A stretch of DNA of 64,000 bases from positions 29,562-93,561 of the IMG/VR virus record IMGVR_UViG_3300019776_000165; one strand, 5' to 3'. Both the position numbers and the translations under genes were made by a program. The notes under the pieces are model-generated. The model did no database searches. It was not told the origin of the DNA and was given only the letters and a program-made list of their open reading frames with translations. Shown here piece by piece: positions 56,492-64,000 of the stretch; the stretch's first letter is position 1, and each line of letters begins with the position of its first letter. Origin of the DNA: a virus.

Positions 56492-56528
56492 AAGGGGTGG
56501 GACGACTCCCTTCTCCGTCCCACCCCTT
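56492..56528 (+). terminator. 13-bp hairpin with C-rich loop
   Basis: AAGGGGTGGGACG/CGTCCCACCCCTT. Confidence 0.65.
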
Positions 56529-56548
56529 CCTTAACTTACGGGGCACGT

Positions 56549-58564
56549 ATGAACATCATTCTTTCCAAAGAACAACTCGACGAGTTTGTGTCTTTTTATT
56601 CCAACGTAAAGGCCTTTGCCTTTGACGTTGAGACCATTGGCGAAAACCGCCTATACCCAGTAATCAACGATGTTTGCTGGATTTCTTTTGCTACCGAGGG
56701 CCGTGTGGATGTAATCCCAATGGGCCACCCTAACGGTAGTTTTGAAGGCTACAACAAGCCTCTACTTCTTCCTGGCCAACGTCGCTTGGCTGAGGGCAAA
56801 GAAATCACTGAAGCCCACTACTCAAAAGACCAACGTAAATGGACACCACTATTTGGTGAACCACCTGTGCAGTTGACTCGTGCCGAAGTCTTTCGTGCCC
56901 TCAAGCCGATTATGTTTGGCCCAGCACTAAAGGTCGCACACAACGCTAAGTTCGACCTCAAGTCAGTTGCTAAGTACTACGGCGGTAACGGTGTAAAGTA
57001 CCGTGTACCTACTGGCCCTTACTTCGACACTCTTACGGCTGCTTTTATCATCAACAACTTGAACAAGTTTGACTTGGGACTAAAAGCCTGTGTCGCACGA
57101 GAACTACGCATTGAAATTGAGAAAGGCGTTGGAGACAACATTGCCGAGCACTCTTTTGAGGATGTGGCAAAGTACTCTGGCATTGACTCAGAGGTAACGT
57201 GGAAACTTTACAAGGCTTTGGCCCCTCGAATCGAGGGTAATCTCAAGAAGGTTTGGCGTCTAGAGATGGATGTGCTTGCTGCCCTTTGCGACATGGAACT
57301 AACTGGTGCGTACATTGACACCGACATGCTTGAGTCTTTGGCAGAGCAAATCAGCAACGATAAGGAACTTGCTAAGGCAAAGGCTTTCCGTGCTGCTGGC
57401 AAAGCATTCAACATTAACTCTGTGCAAGAGAAGCAAAGGCTTCTATTTACCCCAGACGAGGGCAACAAGCCTAGGGTAAAGCCAGACCCTAAATACAAAC
57501 TTGCTTTGACTCCTAACGGTCAGAAGGCTGTTAAGAACAAGGAGAAGTTGAACGAGACTCACTTCTCAGTAAGTGCTGACGCCCTTGAGCCTCACCGTGG
57601 TAAAGACCCACTAGTTGACGCAATCTTGGAGTACCAAGACCTGAACAAACTTATGACCACGTATGTAACTCCTTACACAGGCGGCATGGTGGAGCGTGAG
57701 ACCAACGGCAAGAAGAAGTTGGTTGAAAAGAAGAGCCTGCTTATCAACGGTCGTGCTCACACCAACTTCAAGGCTCACGGTGCGGAAACTGGTCGGTTCA
57801 GTTCGTCAGAACCAAACCTCCAAAACATTCCATCATCAGGAGACTACGGAAAACTTATTCGTAACCTATTCGTTGCTCCTCCAGGTTACAAACTTGTGGT
57901 GGCTGACTACTCCCAGATTGAGCCTCGTGTAATCGCTTCGCTATCCAACGAGCCAGTGCTAATCGACAACTACCTTTCTGGTGGAGACATCTACACCACT
58001 ATCGGTGACACCATGGGCGTAGACCGTAAGGCAGGTAAAGTTTTGGTGTTGGCCATCTCGTATGGTGTTGGCCCAGACAAGATTGCGTCATCTATCGGCT
58101 GTACTGTAGAAGAAGCAAAGACTCTACTAAACAACTTTGAGAAGAAGTTTCAGGCTATCCCCAAATACAAGGGCAAGGTAATCCGCCTCGCTAAGCAAGT
58201 TGGGAAGATTCCGTACGTAGAGACTTTGTTTGGACGTCGCCGTTACATTCCAGAACTAAACGCTACTGGCTACGCCGAACTAGGTAGAGCAGAGCGTCAG
58301 GCGTTCAACACTATGATTCAGGGCTCTGCCGCTGACATTATGAAACTTGCTTTGGTTCGTGCTCACTCGTGCTTTAAAGACGAGCCAGACATCAACGTAA
58401 TCCTTACAGTTCACGACGAACTTGTGACTATTACCCCAGAAGACCGTGCAGAAGAAACTGCCGAAGCAATTCGTGCCTCTATGGAAGGCGTGAAGATAAA
58501 GGAGATTATTGTGCCCTTGATTGCGGACGTAAAGATTGTGGACAAGTGGGGCGAGGCCAAGTGA
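56549..58564 (+). CDS. polA: Family A DNA polymerase with 3'-5' exonuclease
   Basis: FDVET, HNAKFD, TGRFSS, DYSQIEPR, RKAGK...YG, QGSAAD, VHDE. Confidence 0.96.
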   Translation: MNIILSKEQLDEFVSFYSNVKAFAFDVETIGENRLYPVINDVCWISFATEGRVDVIPMGHPNGSFEGYNKPLLLPGQRRLAEGKEITEAHYSKDQRKWTPLFGEPPVQLTRAEVFRALKPIMFGPALKVAHNAKFDLKSVAKYYGGNGVKYRVPTGPYFDTLTAAFIINNLNKFDLGLKACVARELRIEIEKGVGDNIAEHSFEDVAKYSGIDSEVTWKLYKALAPRIEGNLKKVWRLEMDVLAALCDMELTGAYIDTDMLESLAEQISNDKELAKAKAFRAAGKAFNINSVQEKQRLLFTPDEGNKPRVKPDPKYKLALTPNGQKAVKNKEKLNETHFSVSADALEPHRGKDPLVDAILEYQDLNKLMTTYVTPYTGGMVERETNGKKKLVEKKSLLINGRAHTNFKAHGAETGRFSSSEPNLQNIPSSGDYGKLIRNLFVAPPGYKLVVADYSQIEPRVIASLSNEPVLIDNYLSGGDIYTTIGDTMGVDRKAGKVLVLAISYGVGPDKIASSIGCTVEEAKTLLNNFEKKFQAIPKYKGKVIRLAKQVGKIPYVETLFGRRRYIPELNATGYAELGRAERQAFNTMIQGSAADIMKLALVRAHSCFKDEPDINVILTVHDELVTITPEDRAEETAEAIRASMEGVKIKEIIVPLIADVKIVDKWGEAK

Positions 58565-58995
58565 TGTTTAAGAAGAAGACTCCTAAGATTGCTCAAATCA
58601 ACTCTTTGGCTGACGTTAAGAGCCGTATCCGAGAGTTCTTTATGGACACCCAAAGTTCTGACGCCGACGAGATGGCGTTGCAGATGGGCTGTGTTCCACT
58701 CAGTGATGAACTGATGGAGAAAGAAGAGGAAGAGAGCGACAAGCGCATTGAGCGTGTTGCGTATCTCTTGCCGTTGTTGTTCAGTTTTGCTCACTTGTAT
58801 TCTCAGGGAATGGTCATGGAGACCACTAGCAATGTTAAAGACCCTGAGATGACTCCTGAGGTAAAGGCTGCGCTTATCGAACTAGAAAAGCAAGTACGGC
58901 AGGTGTTGGAGGATAACATCTCCAACGTTCTTGTCGGAGCAGTATCTCAACTAGTAGACTTAGAACTACTCAACGTACCGAAAGGAAGACGATGA
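58564..58995 (+). CDS. Hypothetical protein
   Basis: TGATG coupling. Confidence 0.7.
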   Translation: MFKKKTPKIAQINSLADVKSRIREFFMDTQSSDADEMALQMGCVPLSDELMEKEEEESDKRIERVAYLLPLLFSFAHLYSQGMVMETTSNVKDPEMTPEVKAALIELEKQVRQVLEDNISNVLVGAVSQLVDLELLNVPKGRR

Positions 58996-59369
58996 ATAAC
59001 GCTGACTGGTGGGCAAAAAAGTTAAACACCCCACAGCAAGTTCAACAAGGCAGACCTGACCCAACACCCCCTATGCCTCCATCACAGCGCCCTATGGCTC
59101 CGATGCCTTCCTTTCAGAACCCCAATCAGGCGGAACGTGCTCAGAGTGCTAAGCAGACTGCTACGTGTCCTGACTGCGGGTCGACTAACTACATGGCAAT
59201 TCAGAATGCGGCTCCACGCTGTTTCGACTGCGGGTATCCCGTGGAGCAGTCGGGGTCACGTTTCGGTAACCTCGCTGGTGCACACGTTGAGGGCTCCGCA
59301 AAGGCTGCCACAGGCAACGCCACTCAGAACAACTGGAACCCTCAAGGCATCATCGGAAGAATCGAATAA
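58992..59369 (+). CDS. Zinc-ribbon protein
   Basis: CPDCGS...RCFDCGYP. Confidence 0.75.
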   Translation: MNNADWWAKKLNTPQQVQQGRPDPTPPMPPSQRPMAPMPSFQNPNQAERAQSAKQTATCPDCGSTNYMAIQNAAPRCFDCGYPVEQSGSRFGNLAGAHVEGSAKAATGNATQNNWNPQGIIGRIE

Positions 59370-59812
59370 TGAACAAGAAGCCATTTAGCAAATCCCATTA
59401 CGACGAAGATGATTCGGCTAAGTATCAAGTCATTCAGTACTTTCGTAATGACGGATACGATGCTCAAGTAAACCCTGAGAAGTTCGGCATTGATGTCTTG
59501 GCCCACAAAGACGGAACCCACCTAAAGATTGAAGTGGAGGTAAAGCACAACTGGAAGGGCGACACGTTCCAGTACGATACTCTCCATTACTCAGACCGCA
59601 AACGCAAGTTCCTAGACACTCCAGAAAACACTTTCTTCATAACTCTGAACCATGACAGGACTCGTGCCCTAATGGTCCCAGGCCATGTGCTTGCCACCGC
59701 TCCAACAATCACCAAAGACACAATCTACACTCGTGGCGAGCAGTTCATTGAAGTAAAGACTGCGGACTGTAGCCTAATAGAAATGCCTCCGCTAGAGCCA
59801 ACCGATGTCTAG
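59369..59812 (+). CDS. PD-(D/E)XK-like nuclease
   Basis: GIDV...IEVEVK. Confidence 0.65.
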   Translation: MNKKPFSKSHYDEDDSAKYQVIQYFRNDGYDAQVNPEKFGIDVLAHKDGTHLKIEVEVKHNWKGDTFQYDTLHYSDRKRKFLDTPENTFFITLNHDRTRALMVPGHVLATAPTITKDTIYTRGEQFIEVKTADCSLIEMPPLEPTDV

Positions 59813-60188
59813 ATTATCCGACTTTGACTTAGACCTTTCTTTCGGTCAAGAAGGAGAGAACTTTGTCAAAGAACTTCTTACTGGTGGGTACACGGTCGAA
59901 GTAAAGCGAGACCGAAAGTGGAAAGACACAGGCAATGTGTACGTAGAGACTGAGTGTTTCTACAACAAAACCAACACCTGGGGACCCTCAGGAATAAACG
60001 TTACAAAAGCAGACTACTGGGCATTCGTTCTAGAAGACGGCACTTTCTTTATTCCTACAGCCGCTATAAAATATGCTGTAGAAGAGTTAGGGCGTTACAC
60101 CGAGTGCAACATCCCGCCAAACCCTAGCAAAGGTATTTTGCTGACACTAAACGATTTCGCAAAAGCGTTAAAGGAGTACAAAAACTAA
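59805..60188 (+). CDS. PD-(D/E)XK-like nuclease
   Basis: GE...VEVKRD...TGNVYVE...SGI..TKADYW. Confidence 0.65.
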   Translation: MSRLSDFDLDLSFGQEGENFVKELLTGGYTVEVKRDRKWKDTGNVYVETECFYNKTNTWGPSGINVTKADYWAFVLEDGTFFIPTAAIKYAVEELGRYTECNIPPNPSKGILLTLNDFAKALKEYKN

Positions 60189-61241
60189 ATGGCTATCAAT
60201 GCTGACGCACGAAAGATTATGGCGGCTATCAACAAGAAACTTGGTGATGGAGTTGTAGTTGTAGGAGAGGATATTCGCAGTGACCTTATCAAGCGTTTTA
60301 CTACTGGTTCAACTACTTTTGATTACGTTCTGGGTGGCGGTTTTCCTGCTAACCAGTGGAACGAACTTATCGGGGAGCCGTCGCACGGTAAGACAGCGAT
60401 TGCTCTCAAGACCATTGCCGCCAACCAAGCCGTAAACCCAGAGTTCACTGCGGTGTGGGTTGCTGCTGAGCAGTGGGTCCCAGAGTATGCCGAGATGTGT
60501 GGCGTAGATACGAGTAGGGTTATTGTTATCGAGACCAACATTATGGAGGAAGCGTATGACGCAGTTCTGGCTTTTGCTGATTCGAAATCAGTCGACGCTA
60601 TTGTTATTGACTCTCTTCCTGCCCTAGTTCCAGGACCTGAGAACGAGAAGAACATGGACGAAATGACCGTTGGTCGTGGAGCCCTAATCACAAACAAGTT
60701 CTTCCGCAAAGCAGGGGCTGCCATGAAGCGTAGCCTAACCGAGTCTGAGCGCCCTATCTTGGGCATCGTCATCAACCAATACCGCATGAAGATTGGAGTG
60801 ATGCACGGAGACCCCCGCACCACTCCTGGTGGCGAGGGCAAGAACTACGCTTTCTTTACACGCTCTGAGGTTAAGCGTGATGAATGGATTGAGGCTGGCA
60901 CTGGAGTCAACAAGACTCGTGTAGGTCAGCGCATCAAGATTCGTGTGCTAAAGAATAAGACTGCACCCCCACAGCGTATTGCGTACATTGACTACTACTT
61001 CTCAGAGCACAGCATCTACGAAGCAGGTGACTACGACTTCGCTAAGGAAGTTGCCGCCATGGTAATTGTCAAGGAAATCGTAGAGCGCAAGGGTGGCTGG
61101 ATTTACTACGGCGAGCGCAAGTGGCAAGGTCAAGAGGCTCTTGTGAATTCTATCCGTGAAGAGGTAGACTTCTATGAAGAACTTCGACAGAAGGTTCTTT
61201 CAACACCTGATAATTTTGGAGGGCAATCAGAAAATGAGTAA
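60189..61241 (+). CDS. recA: RecA/UvsX recombinase
   Basis: LGGGFP, GEPSHGKT, VIDS, INQYR, TPGG, KNK. Confidence 0.93.
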   Translation: MAINADARKIMAAINKKLGDGVVVVGEDIRSDLIKRFTTGSTTFDYVLGGGFPANQWNELIGEPSHGKTAIALKTIAANQAVNPEFTAVWVAAEQWVPEYAEMCGVDTSRVIVIETNIMEEAYDAVLAFADSKSVDAIVIDSLPALVPGPENEKNMDEMTVGRGALITNKFFRKAGAAMKRSLTESERPILGIVINQYRMKIGVMHGDPRTTPGGEGKNYAFFTRSEVKRDEWIEAGTGVNKTRVGQRIKIRVLKNKTAPPQRIAYIDYYFSEHSIYEAGDYDFAKEVAAMVIVKEIVERKGGWIYYGERKWQGQEALVNSIREEVDFYEELRQKVLSTPDNFGGQSENE

Positions 61242-61482
61242 ACAAGAATTCTTCATTGAAGATGAAGAGTGGGCAAAAGACCTAGAGTTCGAGTACGAGC
61301 AGTACATGGGTAGGCTTGCCTACTCTATTGACGCTGATGACACTGAGGAAATCATTGAGTCATTGTCAGGCGAACCTTACTGCGGATGCAGTACTTGCGA
61401 CGTTCGTGAGCAGTTGTTCTTCTTAGTACCACGCATCATCAAAGCATACAAAGAAGGGCAGGTAGTTCTAAATGAAGACTAA
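61234..61482 (+). CDS. Small Cys-containing protein
   Basis: PYCGCSTC..RE. Confidence 0.7.
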   Translation: MSKQEFFIEDEEWAKDLEFEYEQYMGRLAYSIDADDTEEIIESLSGEPYCGCSTCDVREQLFFLVPRIIKAYKEGQVVLNED

Positions 61483-61663
61483 CGAAGAACTCCTAGAAGA
61501 GTTTGTTGAGCACCAGCGTCAAGAACTCCGTAAGGAAGGCGCAGATGAACTTCGTGCCAGCATTGTTGCTGAGTTAGAGCACCGCATTCGTGGGTCTTGG
61601 ACACAGCAGGAAAAAGTTACACTAATGACTGCAAAGTTAATTGTAGAGGCAGCAAACATCTAG
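61472..61663 (+). CDS. Hypothetical protein
   Basis: Overlap coupling. Confidence 0.6.
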   Translation: MKTNEELLEEFVEHQRQELRKEGADELRASIVAELEHRIRGSWTQQEKVTLMTAKLIVEAANI

Positions 61664-61983
61664 TGAAGTCAGAAGGTCAGAAGGAATCCCAGAAGCATGA
61701 AAAGCGAATCGCAAAAGCCATTGGAGGGCAAACCACGGCCGCTTCTGGGGCCTTCTGGAGTCGAAAAGGCGATGTCAGGAACGAATCCCTTCTCGTGGAG
61801 CATAAGTGGACGGGGAAAAAGTCCAAGACCATTCAGTCTGCTGAACTTAAAAAAATAGTTAATGAAGCCATCATGGACGGCAGACTGCCTGTTTTTGGAA
61901 TCCATCTAGACGGAGAAGACTACGTCATCCTTATGGAGACAGACTTCTTAGAAATGTGGAACAAATTAAATGAATCTCGCTGA
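61663..61983 (+). CDS. Holliday junction resolvase-like nuclease
   Basis: HEK..A...ASGA..KGDV...VEHK. Confidence 0.75.
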   Translation: MKSEGQKESQKHEKRIAKAIGGQTTAASGAFWSRKGDVRNESLLVEHKWTGKKSKTIQSAELKKIVNEAIMDGRLPVFGIHLDGEDYVILMETDFLEMWNKLNESR

Positions 61984-62338
61984 CCTAATCTGGGGGAATA
62001 ACCATGAAGACCTTTCGTGGTTAGACGAAGGCGCATGTATTCGTGTAAAAGACCCAGACATATTCTTTCCACCTAGAGACAAGAAACTTTACCGTGTAAT
62101 CTCTGCTGAGGCTAAAAAGTATTGTTTCGGAGATGACGAAAGGCCAGCCTGCCCAGTACGGACACAGTGCTTGTTGTACGCCATCAATTTCGATGAAGGC
62201 AAGGGCGAACAGCACGGTATTTGGGGCGGAATGTCACACCGTGAGCGTAACGCTCTTGTGCGAAAGTGGCAAAAGCAGTATAAAAGTAGTATGACTCTCC
62301 CTGAATACATTGAGAGTTTAGAGAAGAGGGACAAATGA
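61970..62338 (+). CDS. whiB: WhiB-family transcription factor
   Basis: C...PDIFF...AKKYC...CPVR..C...GIWGG...ER. Confidence 0.92.
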   Translation: MNLADLIWGNNHEDLSWLDEGACIRVKDPDIFFPPRDKKLYRVISAEAKKYCFGDDERPACPVRTQCLLYAINFDEGKGEQHGIWGGMSHRERNALVRKWQKQYKSSMTLPEYIESLEKRDK

Positions 62339-63183
62339 CAGCACAAACATCCGACTTGAAGCGGTTCTTAGACGCTAAAAAGTACAACACTCGCCTACTA
62401 GGCGATGTAGAGCGTTACCTGATTGGCAGGCCACCAGGAGACCGTAGCACCACTGTTCTGCACCCGTCAGAGATTATCAAGCGTGACTGGTGTAAGCGTG
62501 CCTCATACTTCCTGCTGAAGGGCCACCCGAAGAAGCAGCCAAACCCTACTCTAAAGATGCAGGTCATCTTTGACGAAGGTCACGCCATTCACGCTAAGTG
62601 GCAGGCATGGTTCCAAGGCATGGGCATCCTTCACGGTAAGTTCAAGTGCGATGTCTGCGACAAGATTACTTGGGGAACTTCCCCTGAACTTTGCGAGCAC
62701 TGTGGCTCAAAGAAGTTAGTTTACGATGAAGTCACTCTCGTGGACAAAGCCCTTCGCATTGCTGGCCACACTGACGGCTGGATTAAGAAGAAGGACGGGG
62801 AAGAGATGTTGATTGAGATTAAGTCAATCGGCCCAGGAACTCTTCGTGGAGAAGTGCCAGAACTAATGACTCAGGCTGGCGGAGACTTTATGAAAGCATG
62901 GGGCATGGTCAAGCGACCTTTCGCCCCACACATCCTTCAGGGACAGATTTACCTAGAACTCATGAAGCGCATGGGCAACCCAGTAGACGAGATTGTTTTC
63001 ATCTACGAACTAAAGGCTGACCAGTCGTACAAAGAGTTCAGCGTTAAGGCTGACCCAGAACTAATCCAGCACGTATTCGAAGGCGCTCAGTTCGTTGTTG
63101 ACGCCGTTGAGGCTGGAGTAGCACCAAAGTGTAACAACGTTCCAGACGGCACCTGCTCGCAGTGTGCCCCATACCAGGAGTAG
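62335..63183 (+). CDS. Cas4-like PD-(D/E)XK exonuclease
   Basis: HPSE..C.R, GHTDG, EIKS, Q..Y, C-terminal Cys cluster. Confidence 0.8.
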   Translation: MTAQTSDLKRFLDAKKYNTRLLGDVERYLIGRPPGDRSTTVLHPSEIIKRDWCKRASYFLLKGHPKKQPNPTLKMQVIFDEGHAIHAKWQAWFQGMGILHGKFKCDVCDKITWGTSPELCEHCGSKKLVYDEVTLVDKALRIAGHTDGWIKKKDGEEMLIEIKSIGPGTLRGEVPELMTQAGGDFMKAWGMVKRPFAPHILQGQIYLELMKRMGNPVDEIVFIYELKADQSYKEFSVKADPELIQHVFEGAQFVVDAVEAGVAPKCNNVPDGTCSQCAPYQE

Positions 63184-63184
63184 C

Positions 63185-63643
63185 ATGGACGCCATTGACC
63201 GTTTTAAAGGCTGGGGACTTACCTTCACAAAGCCTTCATCAGAACAAGTAACCCTGCCTCAGGACATTACTGACATTAACTCCGAGGCTCTAGGTGAGTT
63301 GTTCACCAAACTTACTGCTTGGACAGACTACATTGCTTCTCAGTTGGCCATGGCACAACTAGAAGAGCGTGCTGCTTTGAAGCGTAAAGAGTTTAAGGAG
63401 AACACCATGCTGGTGTCTCGTATGGGCGCTCAAGTAAAAGGCGAACGAATCACCGCTATCAAAGCAGAAGTCTCTATCAACCCAGAAGTAGTTTCTTTGG
63501 AGAATGACTATGAGGAGAAGTACGCTTATCGTAAGTTGGTGGAGATGCTCCTTAACAACCATGAACGTGACCTGCAATTGGTTAGCCGTGAGATTACTCG
63601 TCGTTCTAATGACCAGAGGTCTGTAAGAAAAGAGTATTTCTAA
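63185..63643 (+). CDS. Helical protein (UvsY-like recombination mediator?)
   Basis: Coiled coil ending SREITRR; context only. Confidence 0.5.
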   Translation: MDAIDRFKGWGLTFTKPSSEQVTLPQDITDINSEALGELFTKLTAWTDYIASQLAMAQLEERAALKRKEFKENTMLVSRMGAQVKGERITAIKAEVSINPEVVSLENDYEEKYAYRKLVEMLLNNHERDLQLVSREITRRSNDQRSVRKEYF

Positions 63644-63644
63644 A

Positions 63645-63716
63645 ATGTTTGAAACATTAGTTTTGATTGCACTTGGAGTGCTGGGTGCGCTAATCGTTAT
63701 GACGGTGCTACGCTAA
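63645..63716 (+). CDS. 23-aa single-TM peptide
   Basis: MFETLVLIALGVLGALIVMTVLR; TAATG overlap with next gene. Confidence 0.5.
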   Translation: MFETLVLIALGVLGALIVMTVLR

Positions 63717-63925
63717 TGGCTATCCAAGTAGACATTGAAGACCTAGACAACGACGCTTACTTTCGTGGGCTTGACGCTGGTAAGCAACTTGCTACTGAAC
63801 GCATTATCAAACTGCTAGAACAGCAATACGATAATTGCGATGAAAATGGTAAGTGCATTTACCTAAAGCACATGCCTGAATGTTGCAACTGTGACCTTAT
63901 TGCTCTTATCAAAGGAGAGGAGTAA
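63716..63925 (+). CDS. Hypothetical protein
   Basis: ERIIKLLE...IALIKGE. Confidence 0.65.
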   Translation: MAIQVDIEDLDNDAYFRGLDAGKQLATERIIKLLEQQYDNCDENGKCIYLKHMPECCNCDLIALIKGEE

Positions 63926-64000
63926 ATGAACAATATACCTGTAACTACTATTCACATAACAAATACTGAATCCAAAATCGAACTACTCAAAGAGTGGGAA

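Noticed and set aside
14793-60841. Numerous antisense and alternate-frame ORFs within large genes
   Set aside because: Explained by codon bias and low complexity of the real genes; no independent signals
12174-61241. Inteins or introns in terL, dnaB, polA, recA
   Set aside because: Sizes normal, motifs contiguous, no splice signatures
62335-63183. Cas4 as sign of a CRISPR system
   Set aside because: No repeat-spacer array or other cas genes; solo Cas4-like nucleases are common in phage recombination modules

Overview
A 64-kb segment of a tailed dsDNA myovirus genome, almost entirely + strand. An actinobacterial host is inferred from WhiB, FmdB, leaderless TANNNT promoters and an N4-gp56-type capsid with a Bxz1/E3-like layout; a freshwater host is plausible but not shown. 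Gene order: accessory block (GNAT, Hsp20, tRNAs and structured RNAs, NlpC/P60, ThyX); lysis/surface cassette; PASTA paralogs; terminase, portal, scaffold, capsid; modular fibre/adhesin cluster with a GT2-TPR glycosyltransferase; a chain of tiny basic proteins; sheath, tube, tape measure, baseplate; replication/recombination genes (initiator with internal origin-like repeats, loader, DnaB, primase, SNF2, SSB, PolA, RecA, WhiB, Cas4-like). Strongest leads: (1) an RNA operon at 2651-3196 where two unrecognised structured RNAs, each with complementary loop-loop sequences, alternate with tRNA-Asn and tRNA-Thr; (2) a shared N-terminal N-x-[DE]-F leader on unrelated small proteins, possibly a capsid-targeting tag; (3) a plug-and-socket peptide grammar linking fibre genes; (4) a candidate +1 frameshift in the tail chaperone; (5) a thermometer-like hsp20 leader. 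All calls come from motif reading by eye; no database search or folding program was run.
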